From positions 480,001 through 544,000 of the forward strand of contig CBDDEL010000017.1 of NCBI GenBank assembly GCA_965226885.1: a DNA stretch of 64,000 nt. Direction: 5' to 3'. The notes below the pieces were generated by a model that was given only the letters and a program-made list of their open reading frames with translations, was not told the DNA's origin and did not search any database. This document shows positions 22,092-33,713 of this stretch, piece by piece. The stretch is from Opitutales bacterium. Its GTDB lineage: Bacteria > Verrucomicrobiota > Verrucomicrobiia > Opitutales > UBA2987. Position 1 is the stretch's first letter. Each line of letters opens with the position of its first letter. The position numbers were made by a program, and so were the translations under genes.

Positions 22092-23670
22092 CCCGGATAT
22101 TTCATGAAGGGTAAAGTTTGGCTCGTGTTTGGCTCGTTATTGCTATTGGAGATGGATTTCTTTGTATTTTGAGCAGATCGTCTTGATTTTTAGGTGTTTT
22201 TCAGGGTGTAGAGACACTGCCCCCTTTCCCCCATTGGTTCGGTAGTGCCGGGGGCAGCACCAATGCACCCTTTAGGTTGGCACCAATCGGCGGGCCGCAT
22301 GGTTGAAAAGACTGGCCCAAGGATAACTCTCACTTAGGTGAAAGTGAATCGTTCGGGTGTTGCGCACGATGACCGCTCCGATCTTGATTAATTTGAGCCG
22401 CAGGGTGTGGCATTGGGCCCGCGGCCACTTCGTCCCTTTTAAGGCTAACCGGCGCATGGCTTCCATCAAGGTGTAGGCCAGCGCCGACAAGAGCAATCGC
22501 CACTGATTGGCCCACCATTGATGGGCGCTGGTGCGCTCGCTGAACAATTGCATCTGTTCCTTGATTCGGTTCTCCATTTCACCGCGGCCACAGTATACCT
22601 TGTCGTAAAGCTCCTGGGGATCGCCCGGCAGGTTCGTCACCACGAAGCGCGGGTTGGACCCCTGTGCGGTGTGTTCGGCTTTATGGATGACCAACCGCAG
22701 CCATCGCCACGAATCGGCAGCATAGACGAAGTCCTGGAATAACCGTTGTTTTTTACCCCTTAGTTCGAACCATTCTTTGGCCTGCTTTTGCAACTGCTGG
22801 GCGTCTTGCTGCAAGCGTGCATTGCGAGCCATCCCCACGATGTAACTAACTTCGTTGCGGTCGCACCAAGAGAGTATCCGGTCTCGACAAAATCCACTGT
22901 CGGCGCGCCAAATAATCCGCGTACGGGGCCAGCTTTGGCGAATCCGTTTAACCAGCAATTTGAGGATGGCCCCGGCATGCTTGCTGGCATCGATCTTGCT
23001 CGGCCGCAGGTAGGCCACCAGCAGCTGATCACCGCAAAAAACATATAGCGGCAGAAAACAGTAATGATCATAATAACCGTGGAAAAAACGTCCCTCCTGG
23101 AGCCCGTGCACCGGATTGTCGGTGGCGTCAAAGTCCAGGATGATCTCTTCGGGTTCCTCGGCAAAGGAGCCCATGAACTGTTCGACCAACAGCTCGTTTA
23201 CCGCAAAGGCCGCCCGCCGATCCTGCCCGTTTTCAAAACGACACAAAGTCGGCGCGCTGGCCAACGTTTCAATGCGCCCCGTTACCGTTTGCTAACAATG
23301 GATCGTGGCGCAGGGTATCAAAGTCGTTCAAATCCTCATAGCCCGCCACCAGCCCGTAAACGCGCTGCCGCAGCATCCCCAATACCTCATGGCGTACTTT
23401 GCCCTTCTGCCGTTTGTCCACTAACTGTCGGGCCGCTCGTTCGGTCAAGCCCAACTGCCGATCCACTTCCCGGATCAAAAGCAGTCCGGCATCCGAAGTA
23501 ACCTCTCCGCCCTTGAAATCAACCCGCACACGGCGGCCTTTTACCCTTGTCAACTGTAGCTTTAATTGTTTACCTTTTGTCATCGCTGATATTGCTTTAA
23601 TTATTGATCTATCCTGCTGTATATCAGCAGTTAAGCATATCAACGATACTTTTTTTACGAAATATCCGGG
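22092..23670 (-). mobile_element. IS1380-family element copy 3 (frameshifted)
   Basis: IRs; flanks CTAA/TTAA; same +A frameshift; transposase 22272-23583. Confidence 0.95.
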
Positions 23671-23874
23671 TTAAGCCATTGAAGTTTTTCATTGAATGTT
23701 TTGGGATTCTCTAAAATTAAATTCTTACCTAAAGCTAATCTATAAGATTGCTGTAAGAGTATTTTATCTGGAATTTAGGTGAAACCGATAAAAATCATAT
23801 AGCCATTTTGCAGGAAATATTAATATATGGCCAATGGTTGTACCGTGATACAAGTGTTTAAAAAACTCTCTCAT
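23671..23874 (-). pseudogene. TupA-like ATP-grasp protein, N-terminal fragment
   Basis: MREFFKHLYH...FHL (+1 frameshift) IPDKILLQQSYRLALGKNLILENPKTFNEKLQWL; AT-rich. Confidence 0.75.
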
Positions 23875-24764
23875 TTATTGCTCTGTGAAAACACCCAATA
23901 TCAGTTTTAAGAATTTGGGTGGTAATTTTTGATAGAATATTATTTTTCAGTAGATATGAGATAACTTGGGTTAAAATAGGAGTAGTTGCTCCTGTTATTA
24001 TAGTTGAATATTTTGTGTAAATTTATCATTAAGAGCCGTGCGTCTGTAAGTCGTTATCTCATTCGATTGGCTATGTATTTCTGGTAGTGTTAACATTTTG
24101 AATGTTTAAGCTGTACTTTTTAGCGTGATTATGTTGTGAACTGGGAATGGTCCATATCACAGTAAAATGTCCTCAATGCGGAAGCGATCACATCATCAAG
24201 CACGGCAAGGATCCGAAAGGGGTTCAGAAGTATCGATGCAAGGGGTGTGGTTATCAGTTTCGGCTTCACCCCAAAAGTCGTGAGCATCCTCCGGCGCTGG
24301 TCAAGCAGGTGCTCCGTGCGCACCAAAACCGGATGAGCCTGCGTGCCATTTACCGTACCTTCGGGGTAGCCCAAAGACGGTCATCGAATGGATTAAAAAA
24401 AAGTCCTGAGTTTGCCGAAGCTGGAGTCCACTCTGCTTGCCCGCCAGTGTAGTGATGTGCTGGAACTGGACGAGGTGTGGTCATTCTGGGGCGATAAGCG
24501 TTCGGGGCAGGTATGGCTATGGGTAGCCTTGTGTCGACGTACCCGACAGGTCGTCGGGTTTCTCTGGGTGATCGTAGCGATCAAACGTGCTGGCAGTTGT
24601 ATCACAACATCGCCCAGCCCTATCGCGACTGTGCCACCGTAAGCGATTACTGGGAAAGCTACGACAAGGTTTTCCCTCACAACAGCGCCAGCGGGAAACA
24701 ATCCGGCCAAACCGCCCATATCGAACGCTGGAACAATACCTTGCGACAGTCCCTGTCACGCTAG

Positions 24765-26332
24765 CCCGGATATTTCGTAAAAAAAGTATCGTTGATATGC
24801 TTAACTACTGATATACAGCAGGATAGATCAATAATTAAAGCAATATCAGCGATGACAAAAGGTAAACAATTAAAGCTACAGTTGACAAGGGTAAAAGGCC
24901 GCCGTGTGCGGGTTGATTTCAAGGGCGGAGAGGTTACTTCGGATGCCGGACTGCTTTTGATCCGGGAAGTGGATCGGCAGTTGGGCTTGACCGAACGAGC
25001 GGCCCGACAGTTAGTGGACAAACGGCAGAAGGGCAAAGTACGCCATGAGGTCTTGGGGATGCTGCGGCAGCGCGTTTACGGGCTGGTGGCGGGCTATGAG
25101 GATTTGAACGACTTTGATACCCTGCGCCACGATCCATTGTTAGCAAACGGTAACGGGGCGCATTGAAACGTTGGCCAGCGCGCCGACTGTGTGTCGTTTT
25201 GAAAACGGGCAGGATCGGCGGGCGGCCTTTGCGGTAAACGAGCTGTTGGTCGAACAGTTCATGGGCTCCTTTGCCGAGGAACCCGAAGAGATCATCCTGG
25301 ACTTTGACGCCACCGACAATCCGGTGCACGGGCTCCAGGAGGGACGTTTTTTCCACGGTTATTATGATCATTACTGTTTTCTGCCGCTATATGTTTTTTG
25401 CGGTGATCAGCTGCTGGTGGCCTACCTGCGGCCGAGCAAGATCGATGCCAGCAAGCATGCCGGGGCCATCCTCAAATTGCTGGTTAAACGGATTCGCCAA
25501 AGCTGGCCCCGTACGCGGATTATTTGGCGCGCCGACAGTGGATTTTGTCGAGACCGGATACTCTCTTGGTGCGACCGCAACGAAGTTAGTTACATCGTGG
25601 GGATGGCTCGCAATGCACGCTTGCAGCAAGACGCCCAGCAGTTGCAAAAGCAGGCCAAAGAATGGTTCGAACTAAGGGGTAAAAAACAACGGTTATTCCA
25701 GGACTTCGTCTATGCTGCCGATTCGTGGCGATGGCTGCGGTTGGTCATCCATAAAGCCGAACACACCGCACAGGGGTCCAACCCGCGCTTCGTGGTGACG
25801 AACCTGCCGGGCGATCCCCAGGAGCTTTACGACAAGGTATACTGTGGCCGCGGTGAAATGGAGAACCGAATCAAGGAACAGATGCAATTGTTCAGCGAGC
25901 GCACCAGCGCCCATCAATGGTGGGCCAATCAGTGGCGATTGCTCTTGTCGGCGCTGGCCTACACCTTGATGGAAGCCATGCGCCGGTTAGCCTTAAAAGG
26001 GACGAAGTGGGCGCGGGCCCAATGCCACACCCTGCGGCTCAAATTAATCAAGATCGGAGCGGTCATCGTGCGCAACACCCGAACGATTCACTTTCACCTA
26101 AGTGAGAGTTATCCTTGGGCCAGTCTTTTCAACCATGCGGCCCGCCGATTGGTGCCAACCTAAAGGGTGCATTGGTGCTGCCCCCGGCACTACCGAACCA
26201 ATGGGGGAAAGGGGGCAGTGTCTCTACACCCTGAAAAACACCTAAAAATCAAGACGATCTGCTCAAAATACAAAGAAATCCATCTCCAATAGCAATAACG
26301 AGCCAAACTTTACCCTTCATGAAATATCCGGG
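24765..26332 (+). mobile_element. IS1380-family element copy 4 (frameshifted)
   Basis: IRs, 1568 bp, flanks CTAG/CTAT; transposase 24852-26163 split by +A. Confidence 0.95.
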
Positions 26333-27353
26333 CTATGTGCGTAAAACGCTGTCATTCTCGAAGTCTTTGTGATGTGCACTGGAAAAAGTGGACACGAGAT
26401 TCTCCTAAATGGAGAATCGAAGCATGGGAAGAAGACGCAGTATAGAGTTCAAAAATGAGGCAGTTCAACTGATGATACTCGATGGTCTGAGCGCCACCGA
26501 GGTATCGACCAAACTTGGGGTCAACACCAACCAATTGTATAGGTGGAAGAGGCTCTATCTGGACGATCAGCAGGGCGAAGCCACCTCAAAGCGACAGAGC
26601 AGTCCGAAGGAGATGGCGGCCGAGATAGATCGTCTTCGCAAAGAGCTGCGCCGCTCGGAGCGGATCAACCAGATACTAAAAAAAACGGTGGGCTACTTTG
26701 CCAAGGACGAACAATGAAGTACCAGTTTGTCAAAGACAACGAGGGGCGCTTCAAGATCGAGGAAATATGCTCGGCGATGGGGATTTGTCGCAGTGGCTAT
26801 TACTGCTGGAGGCACCGAGCGCCCTCGGCCCGGCGGATCGAGGACGAGGGAATCAAGGGGGCGATCCTGAAGGTACACAAAGAGGCCAAGGGCCGCTATG
26901 GGCATCGGCCAATGCACCGCCATCTGAAGGATGATGAGGGCATCGATTGCGGCCGTGACCGGGCTCTGCGTCTGATGCGTGAAATGGGAATCAAAAGCAC
27001 CCAGAGTAAACGCTTTAAGCCATTAAAAACCAACAGTAACCATCCCTATGGTTACAGCCCCAATGTGCTTAAAAAGCATGGCCAGCCGACCCATATCGAC
27101 GAGGTCTGGGTGGCGGACACGACCTACCTACGGACCCTGGCCGGTTGGATGTACTTGGCCACGGTGATGGACCTGTTCAGCCGACGCCTGCTGGGCTGGA
27201 GCGTTTCCAACCACAACGACGCGAAGCTGGTTGGCAAGGCCCTCAAAGCCGCGGCCATGACCCGCGGCACACTGCGCACCGGGATTATTCATCACAGCGA
27301 TCGGGGCAGCCCCTACGCCAGCGACGACTATCAGAGGCTGGTCTCTGAACTAG

Positions 27354-28920
27354 CCCGGATATTTCATGAAGGGTAAAGTTTGGCTCGTTATTGCTATTGG
27401 AGATGGATTTCTTTGTATTTTGAGCAGATCGTCTTGATTTTTAGGTGTTTTTCAGGGTGTAGAGACACTGCCCCCTTTCCCCCATTGGTTCGGTAGTGCC
27501 GGGGGCAGCACCAATGCACCCTTTAGGTTGGCACCAATCGGCGGGCCGCATGGTTGAAAAGACTGGCCCAAGGATAACTCTCACTTAGGTGAAAGTGAAT
27601 CGTTCGGGTGTTGCGCACGATGACCGCTCCGATCTTGATTAATTTGAGCCGCAGGGTGTGGCATTGGGCCCGCGCCCACTTCGTCCCTTTTAAGGCTAAC
27701 CGGCGCATGGCTTCCATCAAGGTGTAGGCCAGCGCCGACAAGAGCAATCGCCACTGATTGGCCCACCATTGATGGGCGCTGGTGCGCTCGCTGAACAATT
27801 GCATCTGTTCCTTGATGCGGTTCTCCATTTCACCGCGGCCACAGTATACCTTGTCGTAAAGCTCCTGGGGATCGCCCGGCAGGTTCGTCACCACGAAGCG
27901 CGGGTTGGACCCCTGTGCGGTGTGTTCGGCTTTATGGATGACCAACCGCAGCCATCGCCACGAATCGGCAGCATAGACGAAGTCCTGGAATAACCGTTGT
28001 TTTTTACCCCTTAGTTCGAACCATTCTTTGGCCTGCTTTTGCAACTGCTGGGCGTCTTGCTGCAAGCGTGCATTGCGAGCCATCCCCACGATGTAACTAA
28101 CTTCGTTGCGGTCGCACCAAGAGAGTATCCGGTCTCGACAAAATCCACTGTCGGCGCGCCAAATAATCCGCGTACGGGGCCAGCTTTGGCGAATCCGTTT
28201 AACCAGCAATTTGAGGATGGCCCCGGCATGCTTGCTGGCATCGATCTTGCTCGGCCGCAGGTAGGCCACCAGCAGCTGATCACCGCAAAAAACATATAGC
28301 GGCAGAAAACAGTAATGATCATAATAACCGTGGAAAAAACGTCCCTCCTGGAGCCCGTGCACCGGATTGTCGGTGGCGTCAAAGTCCAGGATGATCTCTT
28401 CGGGTTCCTCGGCAAAGGAGCCCATGAACTGTTCGACCAACAGCTCGTTTACCGCAAAGGCCGCCCGCCGATCCTGCCCGTTTTCAAAACGACACACAGT
28501 CGGCGCGCTGGCCAACGTTTCAATGCGCCCCGTTACCGTTTGCAACAATGGATCGTGGCGCAGGGTATCAAAGTCGTTCAAATCCTCATAGCCCGCCACC
28601 AGCCCGTAAACGCGCTGCCGCAGCATCCCCAATACCTCATGGCGTACTTTGCCCTTCTGCCGTTTGTCCACTAACTGTCGGGCCGCTCGTTCGGTCAAGC
28701 CCAACTGCCGATCCACTTCCCGGATCAAAAGCAGTCCGGCATCCGAAGTAACCTCTCCGCCCTTGAAATCAACCCGCACACGGCGGCCTTTTACCCTTGT
28801 CAACTGTAGCTTTAATTGTTTACCTTTTGTCATCGCTGATATTGCTTTAATTATTGATCTATCCTGCTGTATATCAGCAGTTAAGCATATCAACGATACT
28901 TTTTTTACGAAATATCCGGG
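27354..28920 (-). mobile_element. IS1380-family element copy 5 (intact)
   Basis: IRs, 1567 bp, TSD CTAG. Confidence 0.96.
27523..28833 (-). CDS. IS1380-family transposase
   Basis: Full-length ORF, near identical to 5905-7215. Confidence 0.93.
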   Translation of the reverse strand: MTKGKQLKLQLTRVKGRRVRVDFKGGEVTSDAGLLLIREVDRQLGLTERAARQLVDKRQKGKVRHEVLGMLRQRVYGLVAGYEDLNDFDTLRHDPLLQTVTGRIETLASAPTVCRFENGQDRRAAFAVNELLVEQFMGSFAEEPEEIILDFDATDNPVHGLQEGRFFHGYYDHYCFLPLYVFCGDQLLVAYLRPSKIDASKHAGAILKLLVKRIRQSWPRTRIIWRADSGFCRDRILSWCDRNEVSYIVGMARNARLQQDAQQLQKQAKEWFELRGKKQRLFQDFVYAADSWRWLRLVIHKAEHTAQGSNPRFVVTNLPGDPQELYDKVYCGRGEMENRIKEQMQLFSERTSAHQWWANQWRLLLSALAYTLMEAMRRLALKGTKWARAQCHTLRLKLIKIGAVIVRNTRTIHFHLSESYPWASLFNHAARRLVPT

Positions 28921-29444
28921 CTAGGCATGAAGCCGAGCATGAGCGCCCAAGGCAACTGCTACGACAACGCGGCCATGGAATCGTTCTACGGCCGCTTCAA
29001 GACCAGCACGATTCGAGGCCGCCACTTTGCCGACGAGCGCGAACTGCGATCAACTGTCTTCGAATACGTGGAAATCTTCTACAACCGATATCGCAAACAT
29101 TCCTCTCTGAGTTACCAAAGCCCAGTCCAATTCGAGGAAAATATTTGCCCCCCATGGGGGGCAACGAGAAAACAAAACCCTTTACCAAAACAAGCCGCCT
29201 GACACACTAATCAATAAACAATGAATATAAGAGAATCCCGTGTCCAACAAATCCAGTACACGTCATTTGGTCATGCATTTTCGCGTCCTGTGCTTGTTCA
29301 TCTGGGAATACAACAGCAATATCAAACATTCGTCATGTTAACACTACCCGAGATTATTAAAGTATAATCATTATATTTGGGGCAAGGAGTGGCAGTATAA
29401 AAATATTAAACCCAGAATTATCGTCGTAAAACATTTAAAAGATG

Positions 29445-30246
29445 GGTAGTGTATAAAAAAAGAATGTTATTTTGTATTTTTAGCTGTACAAATAGCGTTA
29501 GGCAGTTTATTCTTAGTGCATGGTTACTAAAATTATTAATTGTCGGCACTGTGGAAGTGAAAATATCATTAAATTTGGCAAGACGCCCAACCATAAACAG
29601 CGCTACCGCTGCCATGATTGTGGTAAACAAAGCCGCGAAAACCCCACAGTGAAATACACCGAAGAGCAAAAAGAAATGATCCTTCGAGTCTATCAGGAAC
29701 GCAGCAGTCTACGCGGTTTACAGCGCGCCTTCGGGGTGAGTCCCAACACCGTTTTGAGTTGGTTAAAAAAAACGACAATCGCTGCGACCGCTCAAAAGCA
29801 CGATTCTTGCGGCCCGCCGCCATGATGTCATTGAACTGGACGAACTGTGGTCTTTTGTGGGGCGCAAGAGCGATGCCCAATGGGTTTGGATCGCTCTTTG
29901 CCGACGCACCCGTCAAATCCTCTCCTATGCCATTGGGCCTCGGGATTGGTATCGTTGCCGGGAACTTTACGAGCGTCTGCCACGGGCCGACAAAAGATGT
30001 GCCACCTACAGCGACTTTTGGAGCACTTATGATGAAGTCTTTCCTCATAACCGATCCGTGGGAAAAGAAACCGGTGAAACGGCCCATGTGGAACGATGGA
30101 ACAATACCCTGCGCCAACGACTGGGTCGTTTCACACGCAAAACCCTCTCCTTTTCCAAGCTTAAGAGTATGCATGAAACCTGTCTGAGACTTTTCATTCA
30201 TCAATATAATCAAGAATTAGCCACCATTCCTACTTAATACACTACC
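29445..30246 (+). mobile_element. IS1-family type A copy 5
   Basis: 802 bp; insA 29520-29825, insB to 30237; TSD AAAAGATG shared with the downstream tail. Confidence 0.95.
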
Positions 30247-30502
30247 CAAAAGATGTGCCACCTACAGCGACTTTTGGAGCACTTATGATGAAGTCTTTCC
30301 TCATAACCGATCCGTGGGAAAAGAAACCGGTGAAACGGCCCATGTGGAACGATGGAACAATACCCTGCGCCAACGACTGGGTCGTTTCACACGCAGAACC
30401 CTCTCCTTTTCCAAGCTTAAGAGTATGCATGAAACCTGTCTGAGACTTTTCATTCATCAATATAATCAAGAATTAGCCACCATTCCTACTTAATACACTA
30501 CC
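30247..30502 (+). repeat. tandem duplicate of the IS1A right 256 bp
   Basis: Starts at the internal CAAAAGATG, ends in the IR, followed by TSD AAAAGATG. Confidence 0.92.
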
Positions 30503-30663
30503 AAAAGATGAAAGCGGAAATGATTTTTTGACTGATTATAAATTTCACTGCTTTAATGGAAAACCATTATATTTTCATACAATGTATGATAGGCTTACGC
30601 AATTAAAAGAAAATTGGTTTGATATAAATGGGAATCCTTTAGATGTATATTATGATTCACCAA

Positions 30664-31991
30664 TGATGTGCACTGGAAAAAGTGGACACGAGATTCTCCT
30701 AAATGGAGAATCGAAGCATGGGAAGAAGACGCTTTAGTATAGAGTTCAAAAATGAGGCAGTTCAACTGATGATACTCGATGGTCTGAGCGCCACCGAGGT
30801 ATCGACCAAACTTGGGGTCAACACCAACCAATTGTATAGGTGGAAGAGGCTCTATCTGGACGATCAGCAGGGCGAAGCCACCTCAAAGCGACAGAGCAGT
30901 CCGAAGGAGATGGCGGCCGAGATAGATCGTCTTCGCAAAGAGCTGCGCCGCTCGGAGCGGATCAACCAGATACTAAAAAAAACGGTGGGCTACTTTGCCA
31001 AGGACGAACAATGAAGTACCAGTTTGTCAAAGACAACGAGGGGCGCTTCAAGATCGAGGAAATATGCTCGGCGATGGGGATTTGTCGCAGTGGCTATTAC
31101 TGCTGGAGGCACCGAGCGCCCTCGGCCCGGCGGATCGAGGACGAGGGAATCAAGGGGGCGATCCTGAAGGTACACAAAGAGGCCAAGGGCCGCTATGGGC
31201 ATCGGCCAATGCACCGCCATCTGAAGGATGATGAGGGCATCGATTGCGGCCGTGACCGGGCTCTGCGTCTGATGCGTGAAATGGGAATCAAAAGCACCCA
31301 GAGTAAACGCTTTAAGCCATTAAAAACCAACAGTAACCATCCCTATGGTTACAGCCCCAATGTGCTTAAAAAGCATGGCCAGCCGACCCATATCGACGAG
31401 GTCTGGGTGGCGGACACGACCTACCTACGGACCCTGGCCGGTTGGATGTACTTGGCCACGGTGATGGACCTGTTCAGCCGACGCCTGCTGGGCTGGAGCG
31501 TTTCCAACCACAACGACGCGAAGCTGGTTGGCAAGGCCCTCAAAGCCGCGGCCATGACCCGCGGCACACTGCGCACCGGGATTATTCATCACAGCGATCG
31601 GGGCAGCCCCTACGCCAGCGACGACTATCAGAGGCTGGTCTCTGAACTAGGCATGAAGCCGAGCATGAGCGCCCAAGGCAACTGCTACGACAGCGCGGCC
31701 ATGGAATCGTTCTACGGCCGCTTCAAGACCAGCACGATTCGAGGCCGCCACTTTGCCGACGAGCGCGAACTGCGATCAACTGTCTTCGAATACGTGGAAA
31801 TCTTCTACAACCGATATCGCAAACATTCCTCTCTGAGTTACCAAAGCCCAGTCCAATTCGAGGAAAATATTTGCCCCCCATGGGGGGCAACGAGAAAACA
31901 AAACCCTTTACCAAAACAAGTCGCCTGACACACTAATCAATAAACAATGAATATAAGAGAATCCCGTGTCCAACAAATCCAGTACACGTCA
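30664..31991 (+). mobile_element. IS3-family element copy 4
   Basis: 1328 bp, TSD CCAA. Confidence 0.96.
30718..31928 (+). CDS. IS3 transposase OrfA/OrfB
   Basis: orfA 30718-31014, orfB 31011-31928 (DN>DS change near the catalytic E). Confidence 0.9.
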
Positions 31992-32297
31992 CCAATAAAA
32001 AAGAAAAATACCACAAAACCAGATTTATTAAGTGAAATGACAAAATTAGCTGAAACGTTATATGAAAGTTTTTTTTATGTTCGGGTTGATTTATACTTAG
32101 TCGACAATAAGATATATTTTGGTGAATTGACATTTAAACCTCAAAGTGGTTATATCCGATTTGTACCAGAATCATTTGATAAATTTCTTGGAGATAAATT
32201 GAAATTACCAATAAATTCAATGAATGTTTCAAAATGTTAAGATCCAACGGAAATAAAACGGATCATTTCGATCTTTTTGTAATGAAATTGGCAATCC

Positions 32298-33662
32298 TCA
32301 ATCGCTGAGGAGGAGGCGGACGTCTCCTTTGGCTCGGGCCAGGGAGAGGCGGCTGAGTTTGTATTGGTAGCGGATTTCGATCATTTCATCGCTGGCGTCG
32401 GCCAGGGCCGCCAGGGCGTCGATGATTTCCCGGTTGTCGGCCACTCCTTCTGTAAATCGGGTGCGTGCCAGGTCGAGTTCCTCTTCGCTCAGTTCCACCC
32501 TTTTTCGGGTGATGCCGATTTGCTCGTAGCGTGAGCGGGCGTCTTGCAGGGCCAGTTTATAATCGGCCCCCACCTGGTTTTCAATGTTTTGAACGACCAG
32601 TTCCTGGGCGTGTATGATGGCTTCGGCCCGGCGTTTGTTGGAGCGGATGCGATGTCCCTCGAATATGGGCAGACTCATGGATATACCGGTCAGCCAGGTA
32701 TTCCTTGAGCCTCCGTCGAAAGCTTGCTCAGTGGCATATCCCCACTCGCCGAAAAGGTTGATGCTAGGCAGTCTCTCCAGCCCCGCACATTTGCGCGCGG
32801 CCAGATTTCGCTCCAGCTCCTCAATGGCAATAAGGTAGTTGGGGCGAGCCTCCAGCAGAGCCGCCAGGTTGTATTCCTGGCGATGAAACTGGATCGGTTT
32901 TAATTGTTCCGTGGATTGGAGGGCCAGTTTCGCATCCAGATCAAGATCGAGCAGTAGCTGGAACCGGAGGGCGCTTTCCATAACCACGGTATCTTGCTGC
33001 AGGCGCTGCTTTTGATCGGTGGCCAAGGCGCTTTCGGCCCGTGTCACATCGATCCTCGTGGCCACCCCTGCATTGAGCTGGTTGATGGCCAGATCGAGGA
33101 GGGCTTCATCGCGTTCGATATTGGCATCGAGCACCTCGATGCGTTTGAGGTTGCGCAAATGGCTGTAGAAAGCATTGGCGGCATTGTTCAAGCTGTCTTG
33201 CAGCACACTCTCCAGGGTCAGCTCGGAAATTTGATGGTTGAAGCGCGACAATCGCCAGGTAGCGTAATTGACCACATTGATCAAAGGCACGCTACCGACC
33301 ATTTTTCCATCGAACCGGTTGACCGGCGGCGGGTTGGGAAAATCGAATCCAAATCCGACCGGGGCGATCTTGGTGCGTATCTGGGCAGCATCGAAGGAAA
33401 GCCGGGGAATCAGTTCCGAGCGGTCCCTCCTGGCAATTTGAAAAGCCTCCTCGACCGCCTGTCTCTGGATGAGCACTTCGAGGTTTTGTTTTTCAATCCA
33501 GGTAAAAGTCTCCGCCAGGTTAAGGCTGACCACTTCGCCCGAAAGAGGATTGAGCAAAGGCCCGAAAACCATCGCCAAAAGAGAAGCCGATAAAAACTTG
33601 AGCTTGCCTCGAAAGGAAAATTGGGGTCTTAAAGCTCTGGAAATTTTAGTTATTTGTTTCAT
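32298..33662 (-). CDS. TolC-family outer membrane efflux protein
   Basis: Signal peptide; OEP repeats ([28 protein letters not shown]); start placed at MKQITK. Confidence 0.88.
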   Translation of the reverse strand: MKQITKISRALRPQFSFRGKLKFLSASLLAMVFGPLLNPLSGEVVSLNLAETFTWIEKQNLEVLIQRQAVEEAFQIARRDRSELIPRLSFDAAQIRTKIAPVGFGFDFPNPPPVNRFDGKMVGSVPLINVVNYATWRLSRFNHQISELTLESVLQDSLNNAANAFYSHLRNLKRIEVLDANIERDEALLDLAINQLNAGVATRIDVTRAESALATDQKQRLQQDTVVMESALRFQLLLDLDLDAKLALQSTEQLKPIQFHRQEYNLAALLEARPNYLIAIEELERNLAARKCAGLERLPSINLFGEWGYATEQAFDGGSRNTWLTGISMSLPIFEGHRIRSNKRRAEAIIHAQELVVQNIENQVGADYKLALQDARSRYEQIGITRKRVELSEEELDLARTRFTEGVADNREIIDALAALADASDEMIEIRYQYKLSRLSLARAKGDVRLLLSD

Positions 33663-33713
33663 AATTATGTTCGCTATTTTAGCCATAAAAACCTTTCGAT
33701 TCAGGGCAGAGCA

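Larger units (their letters stand above)
26370..29265 (+). mobile_element. IS3-family element copy 3, interrupted by IS1380
   Basis: TSD TTTG; 3-bp deletion variant of orfA; orfB split at CTAG 27350-27353. Confidence 0.95.
24083..29348 (+). mobile_element. IS1-family type B copy 2, carrying nested IS1380, IS3 and IS1380
   Basis: Ends GGTAGTGTTAACAT / ATGTTAACACTACC; pieces 24083-24764, 26333-26369, 29266-29348; two 1-bp deletions relative to copy 1; no TSD. Confidence 0.9.
29349..32240 (+). pseudogene. TupA-like ATP-grasp protein, C-terminal part split by IS1A and IS3
   Basis: EWQYKNIKPRII...KD|ESGNDFLTDYKFHCFNGKP...DSP|IKK...YVRVDLY...IYFGELTFKPQSG; pieces 29349-29444, 30511-30663, 31996-32240. 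Confidence 0.85.

Noticed and set aside
21385..22137. CRISPR-like or novel repeat array
   Set aside because: Units are ~350-bp IS1380 ends with no spacers; no cas genes in the window
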